Below, one piece after another: positions 24,892 to 37,525 of a stretch of DNA of 64,000 nucleotides. This DNA is from Eledone cirrhosa (lineage: Eukaryota): assembly GCA_964016885.1 (NCBI GenBank), contig OZ024746.1:44330001-44394000 (forward strand), written 5' to 3'. The translations under genes and the position numbers were made by a program. Numbering within the stretch: the stretch's first letter is position 1; every line of letters starts with the position of its first letter. Under the pieces are notes generated by a model that saw nothing but the letters and a program-made list of their open reading frames with translations, was not told where the DNA came from and ran no database searches.

Positions 24892-25762
24892 AATATTAGA
24901 CAGGAACAAAAAACAGAGAGGCAGTACAAATGGTAGTTTATTAGGTACACGCTTTTGAGAGTGTGTGTATGGGGGGGGGGGTATGTTATAATCAGTCACC
25001 ATCTACTGTAAATGATATAGTAAATACACTTCATATTATCTCTGTGATGATAAAACAGTAGCTAATGTATTACATTCCAGATTCCATATGGGATTTGGAT
25101 TATATTTACATTTTAACTTCCATTTAGAATTAATGTTACACATTAGTTAGAAACAGTAAAATCTATATTACAATCATAGTTACTCGAGTAAGTATCATAC
25201 TAACAAATGCACCTAAAGAGATTAGAGGTTCATCTTGTTAAATGAATAAAACTACGAAAATTAGAATTGCTTCTGATGCTGGTATTGAAGCAAAAGGAGA
25301 GATACATTTTTATGACACAAACAATGTTGACATCGTGGTTTTGATCGAGCTGAAATAATTGGAATGGTATTGATGGTGTCGGTATGTACGAAAATAGTAA
25401 AATCTATGAAGGATTATCGAAAGTAATTTTCTCTTCTAATGGGTGATAAATAGGAGGCTTCATATTATTCTATTGATGTAAGTCACGAAATATTGATTTC
25501 CCTCTACTTTCTATGTTGTTAGTCAAGTAACATTGTTAAAGTGCTATACGTGTACTTGGTAGAATACACAAGCTATTAGTGTTTGTAAAACGTCTGCTGT
25601 TTATAATCCTGATCGAGAAAATAAAGAATAAAACACTGGAATTCGAAGTTTAATTGTTTTATAAACAGTCAGTTCGGAAATATTTCCACTTTTAGAAGTG
25701 CAAATTATGTGAATAATGCGATAACTATTTTAAAGGGGAATAGTTTTTGAAATGGTCATGTT

Positions 25763-25863
<101 letters not shown>

Positions 25864-25973
25864 GTAATAATAATAAATTTGAACACTAAAATCTAAAGAG
25901 GGTTCGATAAGGATAAATATATATCAAATATATAAGAACCATAGAGCAAATATTTATTAAAATAAGAGATTAA

Positions 25974-26024
25974 AGTTTAAGCAAAGAATCGCTGCTTTCA
26001 CCCTTAACGGGATCTTCTGAAACT
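25974..26024 (-). ncRNA. HHR-like motif in left pLTR (CAGAAGA core)
   Basis: AGUUU-CAGAAGA-UCCC GUUAA GGGU-GAAA-GCA..UGC-UU-AAACU. Confidence 0.55.
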
Positions 26025-27117
26025 AACAAAGTCAATCTGCAAATGCAGGAGTGGATATTTCAAAAAACGTTGCAACCGGAAGAAGACAGGAAGACGATAC
26101 TTTGGTTCGTGGAAACGTTCCCTGGCAAAGAACAGGAAAAAACGAATATAATACGTCATTAATAGGAGCGGTGAAAAACAATTACGCGCAAAGACAGAAC
26201 CACGTTTATGGTATAAAAGAGGTCGTAGACTAATGTTCTCTTAGGTGGTTCATAGAGACGTTCTCTGGCAATGAACGAAAAAACGAAGATAATACGTCAT
26301 ATGTGGAGCGTGGAGAACAATTGCCCGCAAAGACAAAACAACGTAAATGGTATAGCAGAAGTCGTTGACTAAAATTCTAACTAGGAGACCGAATGAATCT
26401 CCGATTCAGAGTTAAGAACAAAGTAAATAAATACAATACAGAGGTAATAGAAATTAAATAAATACATACACGCATACAAATACGTACATAAGCATACGCG
26501 AAAACACTTACCATAGGTATACAAAACCACGCACATATAAATATGTGTGTGTGTGTATGCGTGTATACAAATAAATAAATAATTAAATAAACGTATATAA
26601 ATAAGTAAATACGTATATAACAAGCACACACACATACCTACATGTAAATACACAAATGTTCGGAGACGTAAGTCAACCAAAACATGAAGTACACATATAC
26701 ACACACCCTACATACGTACGAACCTGCATACTCACACAGACGCAAAAATCCCGTATACACATAACCAAACCATATGTACCATATATAAAATTATACGCCA
26801 TAACATATACAATCAAATATACGTACGAGAAGGTATACGTACCTTCACAAACCATACAGGTAAAATATACTTACCTATGCAAATAAGTAATGGTAAATTA
26901 AACATATACTTAGCTACCACATCAAAACGTAAACTATCCACGTAATCGTACTATCTATTAGGGTCTAACGTGGGGCTGTAATACAGGAAAGTGTTGTGCA
27001 ATTTATGTTTACAAGCCGAAATTGCCTCAGATTTTTGTTTAAGATGTGGTATGTGGCGTAGAGTATTTCCAGGGCCTCAGTGGCGCAGAGGTCACATGGT
27101 CTTTTATTTCCGTTATA

Positions 27118-27950
27118 TCCTGCCAGCATAACCAAGAACCTGGTAAGAAACGTTTCGTTGAGGCTTTCCCGTCTATCTACTAACGAGCTTATTTTCAACG
27201 ACCATTCCAGTTATTACAATGAAGCTCTTGCTCGGAGTGGATTTGTCGATAAGGTAGTATATACAGAGTACGAAAATATACATGAAGAAATAGATCCCGC
27301 GCATTTGTTGGTATAACCCACCATATAATATGGAGGTGGCCACACCATTAGCTAAGATCTTTCTTTCCCTTATTACGAAGCATTTTCCCCCTACACATAA
27401 ATATAGTAAACTTTTTAATAGAAATACTATTAAAATGTCTTACTCTACGACTCCTAACCTTGCACATAACATCACAGCTTCAAATTTAGCTAAACTACCT
27501 AGCCGTAGGAACACGTGCAACCCTGTAGTTGTACTAACTGTAATTGTAGGAATCGGGTTGATTGCCCCCTATCCGGGAAATGCCTCTCTAGTAACATTGT
27601 CTAGAAATGTATGGTTGAAACACCCACGTCCCGTAGGGCCTACATAGGGTTAACCGCCAATAGATTCAAGCAGCGTCTTTACATGCATACCCATTCTTTT
27701 CGTTACCCTCTTAGAAGGAATATGACGTCACTTTCAGCTTATATCTGGAGTCTAAAAGACAACCACACCCAATATAAGTTACACTGGGAGATCCTAGCTA
27801 GGGCTAGATCGTATAACGGAAATAAAAGACCATGTGACCTCTGCGCCGCTGAGGCCCTGGAAATACTCTACGCCACAGACCACATCTTAAACAAAAATCT
27901 GAGGCAATTTCGGCTTGTAAACATAAATTGCACAAAACTTTCCTGTATTA
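27118..27950 (+). pseudogene. Penelope RT C-terminus and GIY-YIG endonuclease, disrupted
   Basis: YYNEALARSGF, KHFPPTHKYSKLFNRNTIKMSYS, CNCRNRVDCPLSGKC, AYIGLTANRFKQR..H, CDLCAAE. Confidence 0.85.
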
Positions 27951-28878
27951 CAGCTGCACGTTATACCCTAATGGATAGTACGATTACGTGGATAGTTTAC
28001 GTCTTGATGTGGTAGCTAAGTATATGTTTAATTTACCATTACTTATTTGCATAGGTAAGTATATTTTACTTGTATGTTTTGTGAAGGTACGTATACCTTC
28101 TCGTACGTATATTTGATTGTATATGTTATGGCGTATAATTTTATATATGGTACATATGGTTATGTGTATACGGGATTTTTGCGTCTGTGTGAGTATTCAG
28201 GTTCGTACGTATGTAGGGTGTGTGTATATGTGTACTTCATGTTTTGGTTGACTTACGTCTCCGAACATTTGTGTATTTACATGTAGGTATGTGTGTGCGC
28301 TTGTTATATACGTATTTATTTATTTATATGCGTTTATTTAATTATTTATTTATTTGTATACACGCATACACACACATATTTATATGTGCGTAGTTTTGTA
28401 TACCTATGGTAAGTGTTTTCGCGTATGCTTGTGTATGTACGTATTTGTATGCGTGTATGTATTTATTTAATTTCTATTACCTCTGTATTGTATTTATTTA
28501 CTTTGTTCTTAACTCTGAAGCGGAGATTCATTCGGTCTCCTAGTTAGAATTTTAGTCTACGACTTCTGCTATACCATTTACGTGGTTTTTGTCTTTGCGT
28601 GCAATTGTTCTCCACGCTCCACATATGACGTATTATCTTCGTTTTTTTCGTTCATTGCCAGAGAACGTCTCTATGAACCACCTAAGAGAACATTAGTCTA
28701 CGACCTCTTTTATACCATAAACGTGGTTCTGTCTTTGCGCGTAATTGTTTTTCACCGCTCCTATTAATGACGTATTATATTTGTTTTTTCCCGTTCTTTG
28801 TCAGGGAACGTTTCCACGAACCAAAGTATCGTCTTCCTGTCTTCCTCCGGTTGCAACGATTTACAGATTGGCTTTGTT

Positions 28879-28929
28879 AGTTTCAGAAGATCCCGTTAAG
28901 GGTGAAAGCAGCGATTCTTTGCTTAAACT
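28879..28929 (+). ncRNA. HHR-like motif in right pLTR (CAGAAGA core)
   Basis: Identical to the left copy. Confidence 0.55.
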
Positions 28930-29268
28930 TTAATCTGTTATTTTAATAAATATATATATATATATATATGTTTGTGTATATATATATGGATTCCTATTTA
29001 GGGAAAGACTCTAAATATATCTAAAACAAAACAATTGTGCATATTATAACCTGCTTTCAAGTGTAAATTCTGAAATTTTAAAAATTACTCGTCCGTTTTA
29101 GTATATACTATTGCCACAGCAATTATATCATTTAATAAAACTGCGTTTTACTAAATGATATAATTTAACAAGGAAAGCATATTTTGTTTTCAATCTTGCA
29201 GGCGCCTGCACTCAGTAAAGTAGAATAATGTATTGCTCTTTCTTTCTCTAACCCCCGTTCTCTCTGTC

Positions 29269-29353
<85 letters not shown>

Positions 29354-29413
29354 GGGAGGGGAGGCTCTCAAGGAAATTATAAAAAAACGATACTGATCAA
29401 TTTTATCTGACTG

Positions 29414-29460
29414 ACCTGATGGTTTCCTGCAAATGAAATAGTTCTAGTCATGTAGAAATC
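29414..29460 (+). ncRNA. Degenerate HHR (58836 family)
   Basis: CTGATGGTTTCCTGCAAATGAAATAGTTCTAGTCATGTAG, next to (TA)n. Confidence 0.4.
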
Positions 29461-29494
<34 letters not shown>

Positions 29495-29508
29495 ATGTGT
29501 ATATATGT

Positions 29509-29574
<66 letters not shown>

Positions 29575-30239
29575 TGTGTGTGTGTTTGATGTATGCATGT
29601 ATATTCCATTTCAATATTTGATTCAACGGCTTAACCCCTGAATGGTTTCTGTTGTATTTTCGACATGTAAATGTTTATAACTATAGAAAATGCAAATCGG
29701 AAAACACGGTTTTTCATATTTTACCACAAATTTATTTTAAAACGAAATTACATTGTTTATATATTTGCCAAAACTACATATTTGAAAATAAGAAAGAGAT
29801 CTAGTACGAAATCAGAAAATTAAAACTAACATGTAAAATGAATACCAAGAAAAATAAATTGGAAGAGGATGGATGCCAACAAGAATTAATGATAATGTAT
29901 TAAGTTATTAAAACCTTATCACGATTCATTCTGCCTGAACTAAAATGAAACTGCCATGTTTTAGAAATTATAATGTGCAACGAAGGATGAAGTATTAAAA
30001 ATATTTACTAATAGACTATCCCCTTAAAAACAAAGCTATCGATTGTTGAGTTACAATGCAGTTTAAAGATCTTGCTAATCTTGAAGGATACAAAGTCGTA
30101 TTGCTTTACTATTATAAATACGTAACACTGTTATAAGGTCAATGTCCTGTGTTACTAACCACATAAATCAAATTATGAAACAATTAAACTTAAAAGGATA
30201 TAACTTTATTACCACAATGTGAAATATAAGAGAGCATCG

Positions 30240-30560
30240 GGAACATTAATGGGTGTCAAACGTATTCTTGGGATGGTCGGAGGAATAAAGTCTTCAGGGA
30301 CTCCTTCCAACGAGTCCTGCTAGAAGCAACCGTCTTCAATTCATTTGGTTCGATCCTCAAGCAAAACCAGCCGAGTTCATGGATGTTATCCAACCATACT
30401 GATTGGGGTCTGCCTCTAGGTCTCCTGCCAGTTGGTTTTGCCTGTAAAATATGTCCAATGATTCTCTCCTGAGACTATAATCCCATGCCCGTTATATCGG
30501 AGTTATGATCTCTCAATTCAGAAAAGTAGCGGCTCTACTCTGATCACCGAGCTATCCACA
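30240..30560 (-). mobile_element. Degraded RTE-like LINE 3' fragment
   Basis: Minus strand reads KPTGRRPRGRPQ..WLDNI, typical of the RTE C-terminus. Confidence 0.5.
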
Positions 30561-30634
30561 CTATCGACTTTTTAAAGGTATTATTGATAGTTACCAGCTG
30601 TTGTTACACCCCCCCCCCCCCCCCGCACACACAC

Positions 30635-30905
30635 AAAAGAGTAAAGATGCCAATCAGTCACGAATGACATTGACTTTTGCACGTAACGACACAAAGTATT
30701 CCCCTTCGAGGCACAAGTCCGGACAAAGTGGTTTGTGGTAGACCAGTCATCCACGCATATCATTGTCCCCTCTCTAAACCATTGACGTCGCAACTTTTTT
30801 CTGCAGCTCTGTGAACTGGAGTAGCGTGCTATAAAGTGCCTTGCACAAGGATACACGCATCGCCCAACCCTGGAATCGAACTCACAATGACATGTTTGCG
30901 ATTCC
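30635..30905 (-). mobile_element. tRNA-derived CORE-like SINE (family B)
   Basis: GAGTTCGATTCC B box followed by GTATCCTTGTGCAAGGCACTT. Confidence 0.55.
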
Positions 30906-30929
30906 AAATCTGTATCCACTAAGAATTCA

Positions 30930-32583
30930 AAAGAGTCAACGGCCATCCGAAAGTTTGTAAATATGTATATACACATGTACCGCGCGGATGAAGTGAAGGG
31001 CCCCTAGCCTTTGTCAGGGCATTCTTCTAGGAGAAGGCAACTCAGAAAACTGGGATAACTCCGATATAAAACCTGCGGCTCAGTAGTTACCGATGATTGT
31101 GATCTTTCCTTCTTTTCGGGTTATAGCTACTGTCGTTCAGAAAGTGGGATTGGCACAGTCTTTCCTCACTTTAAAAAATATCTTCACGCACAGGCATTGC
31201 ACGATAGAATTAATTAATAATTATTAATAATGGTATATCGTGGAATGGCCATACTCGATAACGAGAGGGCAGCTATCATCATGTATGTATGTATGTATGT
31301 ATGTATGTATGTATGTATGTTACCAGTTGGTGCTACTGGTAACATGTATCCCAGTACAACCTGTCTCATGGTCGGGTCGTTGGCGACTAAACTGGCAACC
31401 CCACCAAGGTTTCTTGGTGAGGAGGGTGACTTTGGACATCCTGCAGGACTAAAAACAAAACCTGTCAAAGGGCAAAGGAGCTCTTAAGAGTCAATGGCCA
31501 TCCAAAATCACTGGGAGAGATGACCCCTTAGCCTTTGTCAAGGCAGAATTCTAGGAGAAGGAAAACTCTGATATAACACCTGCAACCCTGATGGTATCCA
31601 ATGATGTTGACTTGTTCTTCTTTTTGGTAAATATCATCTTGGTTAAGAGAGTGGGACTGGCTTTGTGCAGTGCCTTTGCTCACTATAAAAGCTTCACGGC
31701 ACAGGCATTGCTTTATATCTGGAGATCTCTCTGCACTTGTCGTCACATGGTACCATGGGCCCAGCACTATGTGTCAGTAATTGTCACAAGTGTAGTGTTT
31801 GTACCAGAGTTTTCAAGTCGCTGGCTGGACTAAAAAGTCACACTCGTTCAGCGCATCGGTAGGGGTTCTCCTACATGGATATAAAGTAGTGGCCGTACTC
31901 GAAAACGAGTTGGCAGCCACCATGTATGTATGTATGTATGTATGTATGTATGTATGTATGTATGTCAGGTCACCAGTTGGTGCTACTGGTAACATGTATC
32001 CCAGTACAACCTGTCCCATGGTCGGGCCGTTGGCGACTAAACTGGCAACCCCACCAAGGTTTCTTGGTGAGGAGGGTGACTTTGGACATCCTGCAGGACT
32101 AAAAACAAAACCTGTCAAAGGGCAAAGGAGCTCTTAAGAGTCAATGGCCATCCAAAATCACCGGGAGAGATGACCCCTTAGCCTTTGTCAAGGCAGAATT
32201 CTAGGAGAAGGAAAACTCTGATATAATACCTGCAACCCTGATGGTATCCAATGATGTTGACTTGTTCTTCTTTTTGGTAAATATCATCTTGGTTAAGAGT
32301 GTGGGACTGGTTTTGTGCAGTGCCTTTGCTCACTATAAAAGGCACAGGCATTGCTTTATATCTGGAGATCTCTCTGCACTTGTCATCACATGGTACCATT
32401 GGCCCAGCACTATGTGTCAGTAATTGTCACAAGTGTAGTGTTTGTACCAGAGTTTTCAAGTCGCTGGCTGGACTAAAATGTCACACTCGTTCAGCGCATA
32501 GGTAGGAGTTCTCCTACATGGATATAAAGTAGTGGCCGTACTCGAAAACGAGTTGGCAACCACCATGTATGTATGTATGTATG
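30930..32583 (+). mobile_element. Tandem non-autonomous RTE-derived elements (one diverged, two near-identical ~650-bp units) separated by (ATGT)n
   Basis: Units 31320-31922 and 31963-32566; 5' part homologous to the RTE 5' UTR at 42655; 3' part has zinc finger CSVCTRVFKSLAGLKCHTRSAH and stem-loop GGCCGTACTCGAAAACGAG. Confidence 0.8.
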
Positions 32584-32729
32584 GACCCGTAATTCCTGAT
32601 GGAGTCGTCGGGGAGTCATGCTGATATATGTTTCATAGGCATTTTAACCTGACAGAATTCATCGCTTCTCCGGGTCTTTTAAAGAGTGACAGAGAGTGCG
32701 ATAAATGAAGTGAGAAAAAGATAAATAAG

Positions 32730-32885
32730 ATTTCACCCAAGTACTAGGGTGATACTTTTTATCGACCTCAAAAGGATGAAAGTCAAAGTTGTACACGGCG
32801 GGAATTTGCATTGAGATGGCAAATAACCAGAACGAATACCGCAAAGCATTCTAGCCGATGTTCTAACGTATCTGCCAATTCGTCA
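32730..32885 (-). mobile_element. Diverged family-A-related SINE
   Basis: Reverse complement reads ACTTTGACTTTCATCCTTTTGAGGTCGATAAAAAGTATC. Confidence 0.65.
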
Positions 32886-33000
32886 TTTTACCTACCTACC
32901 TACCTACCTACCTACCTACCTACCTACCCACCCACCTACCTAACTACCTACCTACATACCTACCTACCTACCTACCTACATACATACATACATAGATAGA

Positions 33001-33218
33001 TACGATGGTCGGCTGAAAAGATTATAGGCTAAATAATTCATAGCCTGACTAAGATACTCTCATGGAATGATCAAATGAGGTTTATATTTCAACATAGTTC
33101 CTGGAAAGAAACAATGCAGTTATCAATAAGAAAAATTGAAATTAATGCTCGCAAGACTTCACAACTCTAGCATCAATTCTTCATAGTCGGCCTATGAACT
33201 TTTCAGCTGACCCTCGTA
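33001..33218. mobile_element. Mariner-derived MITE
   Basis: ~29-bp TIRs TACGATGGTCGGCTGAAAAGATTATAGGC and GCCTATGAACTTTTCAGCTGACCCTCGTA with TA ends. Confidence 0.75.
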
Positions 33219-33714
33219 TATAAGTACACACGCACACACATGCACAAGTTTATTGTATCAAAACAATTTTCAATCCAGGAACGGACAGGATTTCAATTAC
33301 TAGGAAATAGCAAGCTATATATTAAAATATGACGTAATGTATAATATTCCGTATTAAGTACAGTTTTATACCAGAGTCCCTAGTATAAGTAAAAATAGCC
33401 AGTATGAGAAACCATAGTACAGGTAATTTCAAACACCACAGTACGTACATCACACCACACTAATATAAAGAGTACTATTAAACATCGCAATGCATAAATG
33501 ATTCAGGTTAACTGAGAAGATTGTGCTGTAAATAGAAGTGAATAATAAACTTTAGTCTCAATGTAATTTAAGCTGTGATGACGCGTTTATTATAATACAT
33601 AACCACAGTGTATATTCATCCATCGTATTATGTTTGTGCTACTGCTAATTTATAGTAACACGTCAATCCCGCACTATATGCAAATAAGCAGCATTAAAAA
33701 TATACCTCCTCACA

Positions 33715-34000
33715 CGTAGCCTAAAGGTAAGGTAAGAGTGTTGTACTTATGACCATATTGTTGTGGGTTCAATTCCTGGACTGGGTTGTGTGCTGTGTTC
33801 TTGAGCAAAACATTTCATTTCATGTTGCTCCAGCGTACTCAAGTGAAAATGATTACCAGCAATAGCTGAGAGTTTAACCCTGCGATGGTCTGGCGTCCTG
33901 TCCAGGGGGAGTATTTTACTCTCAGTCGGTTAATGCCATGGAAACCGGGATAAGCACCGGCCTGGTGAGCCTCCGGGGTTGATACAGACTTTAGACTTAG
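33715..34000 (+). mobile_element. tRNA-derived SINE (family C) with CORE-like and V-like blocks
   Basis: GGGTTCAATTCC B box; GTGTTCTTGAGCAAAACATTTC; CCCTGCGATGGTCTGGCGTCCTGTCCAGGGG. Confidence 0.6.
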
Positions 34001-34062
34001 AGACATATTTATCCACCTCCTCCCTCCCCTCTCCCTCCTTTGCCCCTCAACCACCTCTTCTT

Positions 34063-34128
<66 letters not shown>

Positions 34129-34140
34129 GTTATTGTTATT

Positions 34141-37100
34141 CCTTGAATCTCAGTCATTGATGTTGGTTAACTGGAAAGTCCGTTGGATTGAATATCAAGC
34201 CACTACCTGCAGCCTCAGATATTCAGGACGTATCGGAGGGTTCTTGCCGTTCCAAGCAAGCATGCCTTTTGAAGCGTTCCAAAAAGCGTGAAGGGGCCGA
34301 TTTTCTTTAACCATCCCTGGAAACCTTTGGAGATAGTCCCCAGTGCGCCTATGACAATCGGGATCACTTTGACTTCATGGCAGTTCCAAATCCTTTTCAC
34401 CTCCCACTTTAGGTCCTGGTATCGGTTAATTTTCTCCCTCTCCTTCTCTTGCACTCTCGTGTCGAACGGGCAGGCCACATCCACAATCAGGCACGATCTT
34501 TTTTCTTTGTCCACAACCACCAGGTCAGGTCTATTGTGTTCCAGTTTTTTGTCCGTCTGTATCCTAAAATCCCACAGCACCTTCACCTGACTGTTCTCTA
34601 TCACCGCCTCTGGCCTATGCTCATACCATTTCTCAGAATGTGGTAGATTGTTTACTTTGCACAGGTGCCAGTGGACCACCCTGCCCATCACATCGTGTCT
34701 CCAGCCCTTATAGTGGGTCTGGGCTAGGTGTTTACACTCGGACACAATGTGAGCCACAGTCTCCTCTCTCTCTCCACAGATCCTGCACAGTGGGCTAGCC
34801 TCCTCCTTGTAGATATGGTGCTTCAACCACTTCGTTTTGAGGGCCTGCTCCTGCGCAGCCATTAGCATTCCTTCTGTAGCCTTTTTGAGGTCTCCTCTTC
34901 TCAACCAGTTCCATGTCTGTGGATCTCTAAATTCAGTTTTCTCAAAGAAGGTACTATGAAGGGATTTTCCCTTAAGGCTGCTCTTCCTCCTTGATGTTAT
35001 TTCCTCCTTGGGTATCCCCTGGCCTACTGTCCCCTCCTTCAGTACAGCTCTGAGCATTGGCTCCTTACTATAGGTCACGTATTTGTATAGGTTGTTTTTC
35101 TCCATCTGAACACAGTCCTCTATGCTGATAAGACCTCTTCCACCCTCAGATCTCCTTAGGTAGAGTCTATCGACATCACTCCTCTTGTGGAACATGTTGT
35201 AGATAGTCAATAGCTTCCTAGTCTTCCTATCCATTTCTTTTTGTTCAGCAACATTCCATCTCAGAATTCCCGCACTGTACCTAATAATAGACACAGCTCG
35301 GGAATTTACTGCGCTTATGGCATTTCTGCTGTTCAGATGTGACTTCAATACGCTCCTTACTCTCCGAATGTATTCAGTTCTTAACAATTCCTTCATTTTT
35401 TTGTTCTTTATGCCATCAGCCTCCAGAACGCCCAAATACTTGTATCCTTCCTCAGAGTCAATTTCCTTTATCATCTCACCTGTTGGTATCTGGATCCCGT
35501 TACTTCTGCTCAACCTACCCCACCTCATCACAATGACTCCACATTTACCAATACCAAACTGCATACATATATCACTGCTGAAAATACGGACAGTGTCAAC
35601 AAGCACATCCAACTCCTTCTCACTTTTCCCGAAGAGCTTAAGATCGTCCATGAAGAGGAGGTGATTGATGGTAAGCTCTCCCCTTCCCAACTTGTATCCT
35701 GCTCTCACTTTTCGCAGCATAATGGTCAAGGGCATCAGGGCAAGGACAAACAACAGAGGGGACAGGCTATCTCCCTGGAAGATACCTCTCTTGATCTTCA
35801 CGCTTCCCAAGGATACTCCAGTTGATGTCAACTCTCTCTCCCAGGACCCCATACTCCTGCCCAGCAACTGTCTGATGTTATCTGCCACCCTGAAGATCTC
35901 CAGGCTTTTGGTGATCCAGGAATGAGGCACCATGTCAAATGCCTTTCTGTAGTCTATCCATCCCATGGCAAGATCAGTGTGTCTCCTCCTGCAATTCCCC
36001 ATTACCATCTTATCAATAAGCAACTGGTCCTTTGTACCACGTGATTTCTTTCGGCATCCTTTCTGTTCGTCCGGCAACAAGTTGTTTGTGTGGAGGTGAT
36101 GGTAGATTTCCTCAGACACAATGCTCGTCAACAGTTTCCACATTACGGGCAGACATGTGATAGGTCTATAGTTGGTAACATCATTACCCTTGATTCGGTC
36201 TTTCATTATCAGAACTGTGGTACCTTTTGTCAACCACTCTGGCACCTCACCCGACACCAAGCAGTCATTGAACATGGCCGTCAGCTTCGGGTGGAGGGAT
36301 GTTAAATGTTTAATCCAATACCCCTGCACACCATCTGGGCCTGGTGATTTCCAGTTGGTTAGCTTTTTGGCTTGCCCCTTAAGAGTTTCAACTGTGATAC
36401 TCAAATCAGTCTGTTGCTGTGCCTGCTCACCGATCTCCCTCTGTACTGTCTCAATCCACCCTGCCTGGGCATTGTGTCTAACATCCTGCTCCCATATTCC
36501 TCTCCAGAATGTTTTAGCTTGTTCCGCCCCAGGGATCAAGTCGTTGCCTCTTTCTTTCCCCTCAAGCTGTCCAAACAGCATCTTCTGGTTGTTGTCGAAC
36601 ATGCGGTTCTGTTTATACTGACTGACTCTGTTCTCGTATCGCCTGATTTTGGCACTCTTTGCTACAATGCGTTGCTTCAATTCCTCTATGATAATATTTA
36701 GCTTTTTACTCCTAGTTTTGTATTTTATTTCCAGTCTATTTTTAGTGCCTATGTTTTTTAGTGTCCCATTCAGTAGTGACTCAAGCTTTCCTATGTCATT
36801 TCTCATTTCCCCGATTTGCCCACTCAGTCGCTTCTTCCACCACGGCTCTGCTCTTTCTTGTCTGTTGTTTCCTCTCGCTTTTATACCAAGTAGTTTCCTC
36901 ACCGTATTTGCTGTTGCTTTGAGGATATTGTTGCACTGGTGAAGACTCCTCGCCTCAAGGTATGGGATGACTTTGTTTACCTTAGCTGTTGTTTCTTTTA
37001 ACTTTTTCCTGTCTACAAATCTTAGGTTCATAGGTCTCCCACTATCATTGTTCAACTCATCTACCACTAAATTTAGGATGTCAACCGAATCTTGTCCTAG

Positions 37101-37469
37101 CCCGTCAGCATTCATCTCCTCAGTGGCCGTATCTCTGTTCCAGGTATTATTTATCTCAGTATTCAGATCATTGTCTGCTTCGGGTGGTTCCTCCGTTCTC
37201 AGGACCTCCTCACCTTCATTTCCCGCCGGCTCGCTTGTCTGGCATACTACACCCGCCATCTCCAAGCCATTCTCTCTGCTCAGTTCCTCCAGTTCCAGCT
37301 CGCTTATCCACCCATTAGTTCTTATTACCCGAGCCTGCCCGGCCAATTTTTGTTCATCTAATTTAAATAAACCAATCTCGTTCCAGATGTTATGCATCCG
37401 TCTCCTGTAGCCCCTCTCCTTGGGGTTACTTTTCAGGTAGCATTGCATAACAGTTCTATTCAATTCTTT
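34141..37469 (-). mobile_element. R4/Dong-like RLE non-LTR retrotransposon 1, slightly 5'-truncated
   Basis: Single ORF, short 3' UTR, (AAT)n tail, flanked by a long direct repeat. Confidence 0.88.
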
Positions 37470-37472
37470 CAT
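34215..37472 (-). CDS. RT + CCHC + restriction-like endonuclease polyprotein (uninterrupted ORF, about 1085 aa)
   Basis: KSPGPDG, YRPITCL, DYRKAFD, QGDSLSP, FMDD, CRICG..ETVAHIVSEC, RHD, RPDLVVVD..IVDVACP. Confidence 0.9.
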   Translation of the reverse strand: MKELNRTVMQCYLKSNPKERGYRRRMHNIWNEIGLFKLDEQKLAGQARVIRTNGWISELELEELSRENGLEMAGVVCQTSEPAGNEGEEVLRTEEPPEADNDLNTEINNTWNRDTATEEMNADGLGQDSVDILNLVVDELNNDSGRPMNLRFVDRKKLKETTAKVNKVIPYLEARSLHQCNNILKATANTVRKLLGIKARGNNRQERAEPWWKKRLSGQIGEMRNDIGKLESLLNGTLKNIGTKNRLEIKYKTRSKKLNIIIEELKQRIVAKSAKIRRYENRVSQYKQNRMFDNNQKMLFGQLEGKERGNDLIPGAEQAKTFWRGIWEQDVRHNAQAGWIETVQREIGEQAQQQTDLSITVETLKGQAKKLTNWKSPGPDGVQGYWIKHLTSLHPKLTAMFNDCLVSGEVPEWLTKGTTVLIMKDRIKGNDVTNYRPITCLPVMWKLLTSIVSEEIYHHLHTNNLLPDEQKGCRKKSRGTKDQLLIDKMVMGNCRRRHTDLAMGWIDYRKAFDMVPHSWITKSLEIFRVADNIRQLLGRSMGSWERELTSTGVSLGSVKIKRGIFQGDSLSPLLFVLALMPLTIMLRKVRAGYKLGRGELTINHLLFMDDLKLFGKSEKELDVLVDTVRIFSSDICMQFGIGKCGVIVMRWGRLSRSNGIQIPTGEMIKEIDSEEGYKYLGVLEADGIKNKKMKELLRTEYIRRVRSVLKSHLNSRNAISAVNSRAVSIIRYSAGILRWNVAEQKEMDRKTRKLLTIYNMFHKRSDVDRLYLRRSEGGRGLISIEDCVQMEKNNLYKYVTYSKEPMLRAVLKEGTVGQGIPKEEITSRRKSSLKGKSLHSTFFEKTEFRDPQTWNWLRRGDLKKATEGMLMAAQEQALKTKWLKHHIYKEEASPLCRICGEREETVAHIVSECKHLAQTHYKGWRHDVMGRVVHWHLCKVNNLPHSEKWYEHRPEAVIENSQVKVLWDFRIQTDKKLEHNRPDLVVVDKEKRSCLIVDVACPFDTRVQEKEREKINRYQDLKWEVKRIWNCHEVKVIPIVIGALGTISKGFQGWLKKIGPFTLFGTLQKACLLGTARTLRYVLNI

Positions 37473-37525
37473 ATTTATCCACCTCCTCCCTCCCCTCTCC
37501 CTCCTTTGCCCCTCAACCACCTCTT

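Larger units (their letters stand above)
25951..28952 (+). mobile_element. 5'-truncated Penelope-like element with inverted pseudo-LTRs
   Basis: Arms 25951-27117 and 27812-28952 are reverse complements; centre encodes RT thumb, Cys linker and GIY-YIG; right end abuts (TA)n. Confidence 0.9.

Noticed and set aside
37473-37520. N-terminal MVEGQRRERGGRRWIN of the 1101-aa ORF
   Set aside because: It lies in the duplicated flank (also at 34004-34054), so it is not element sequence
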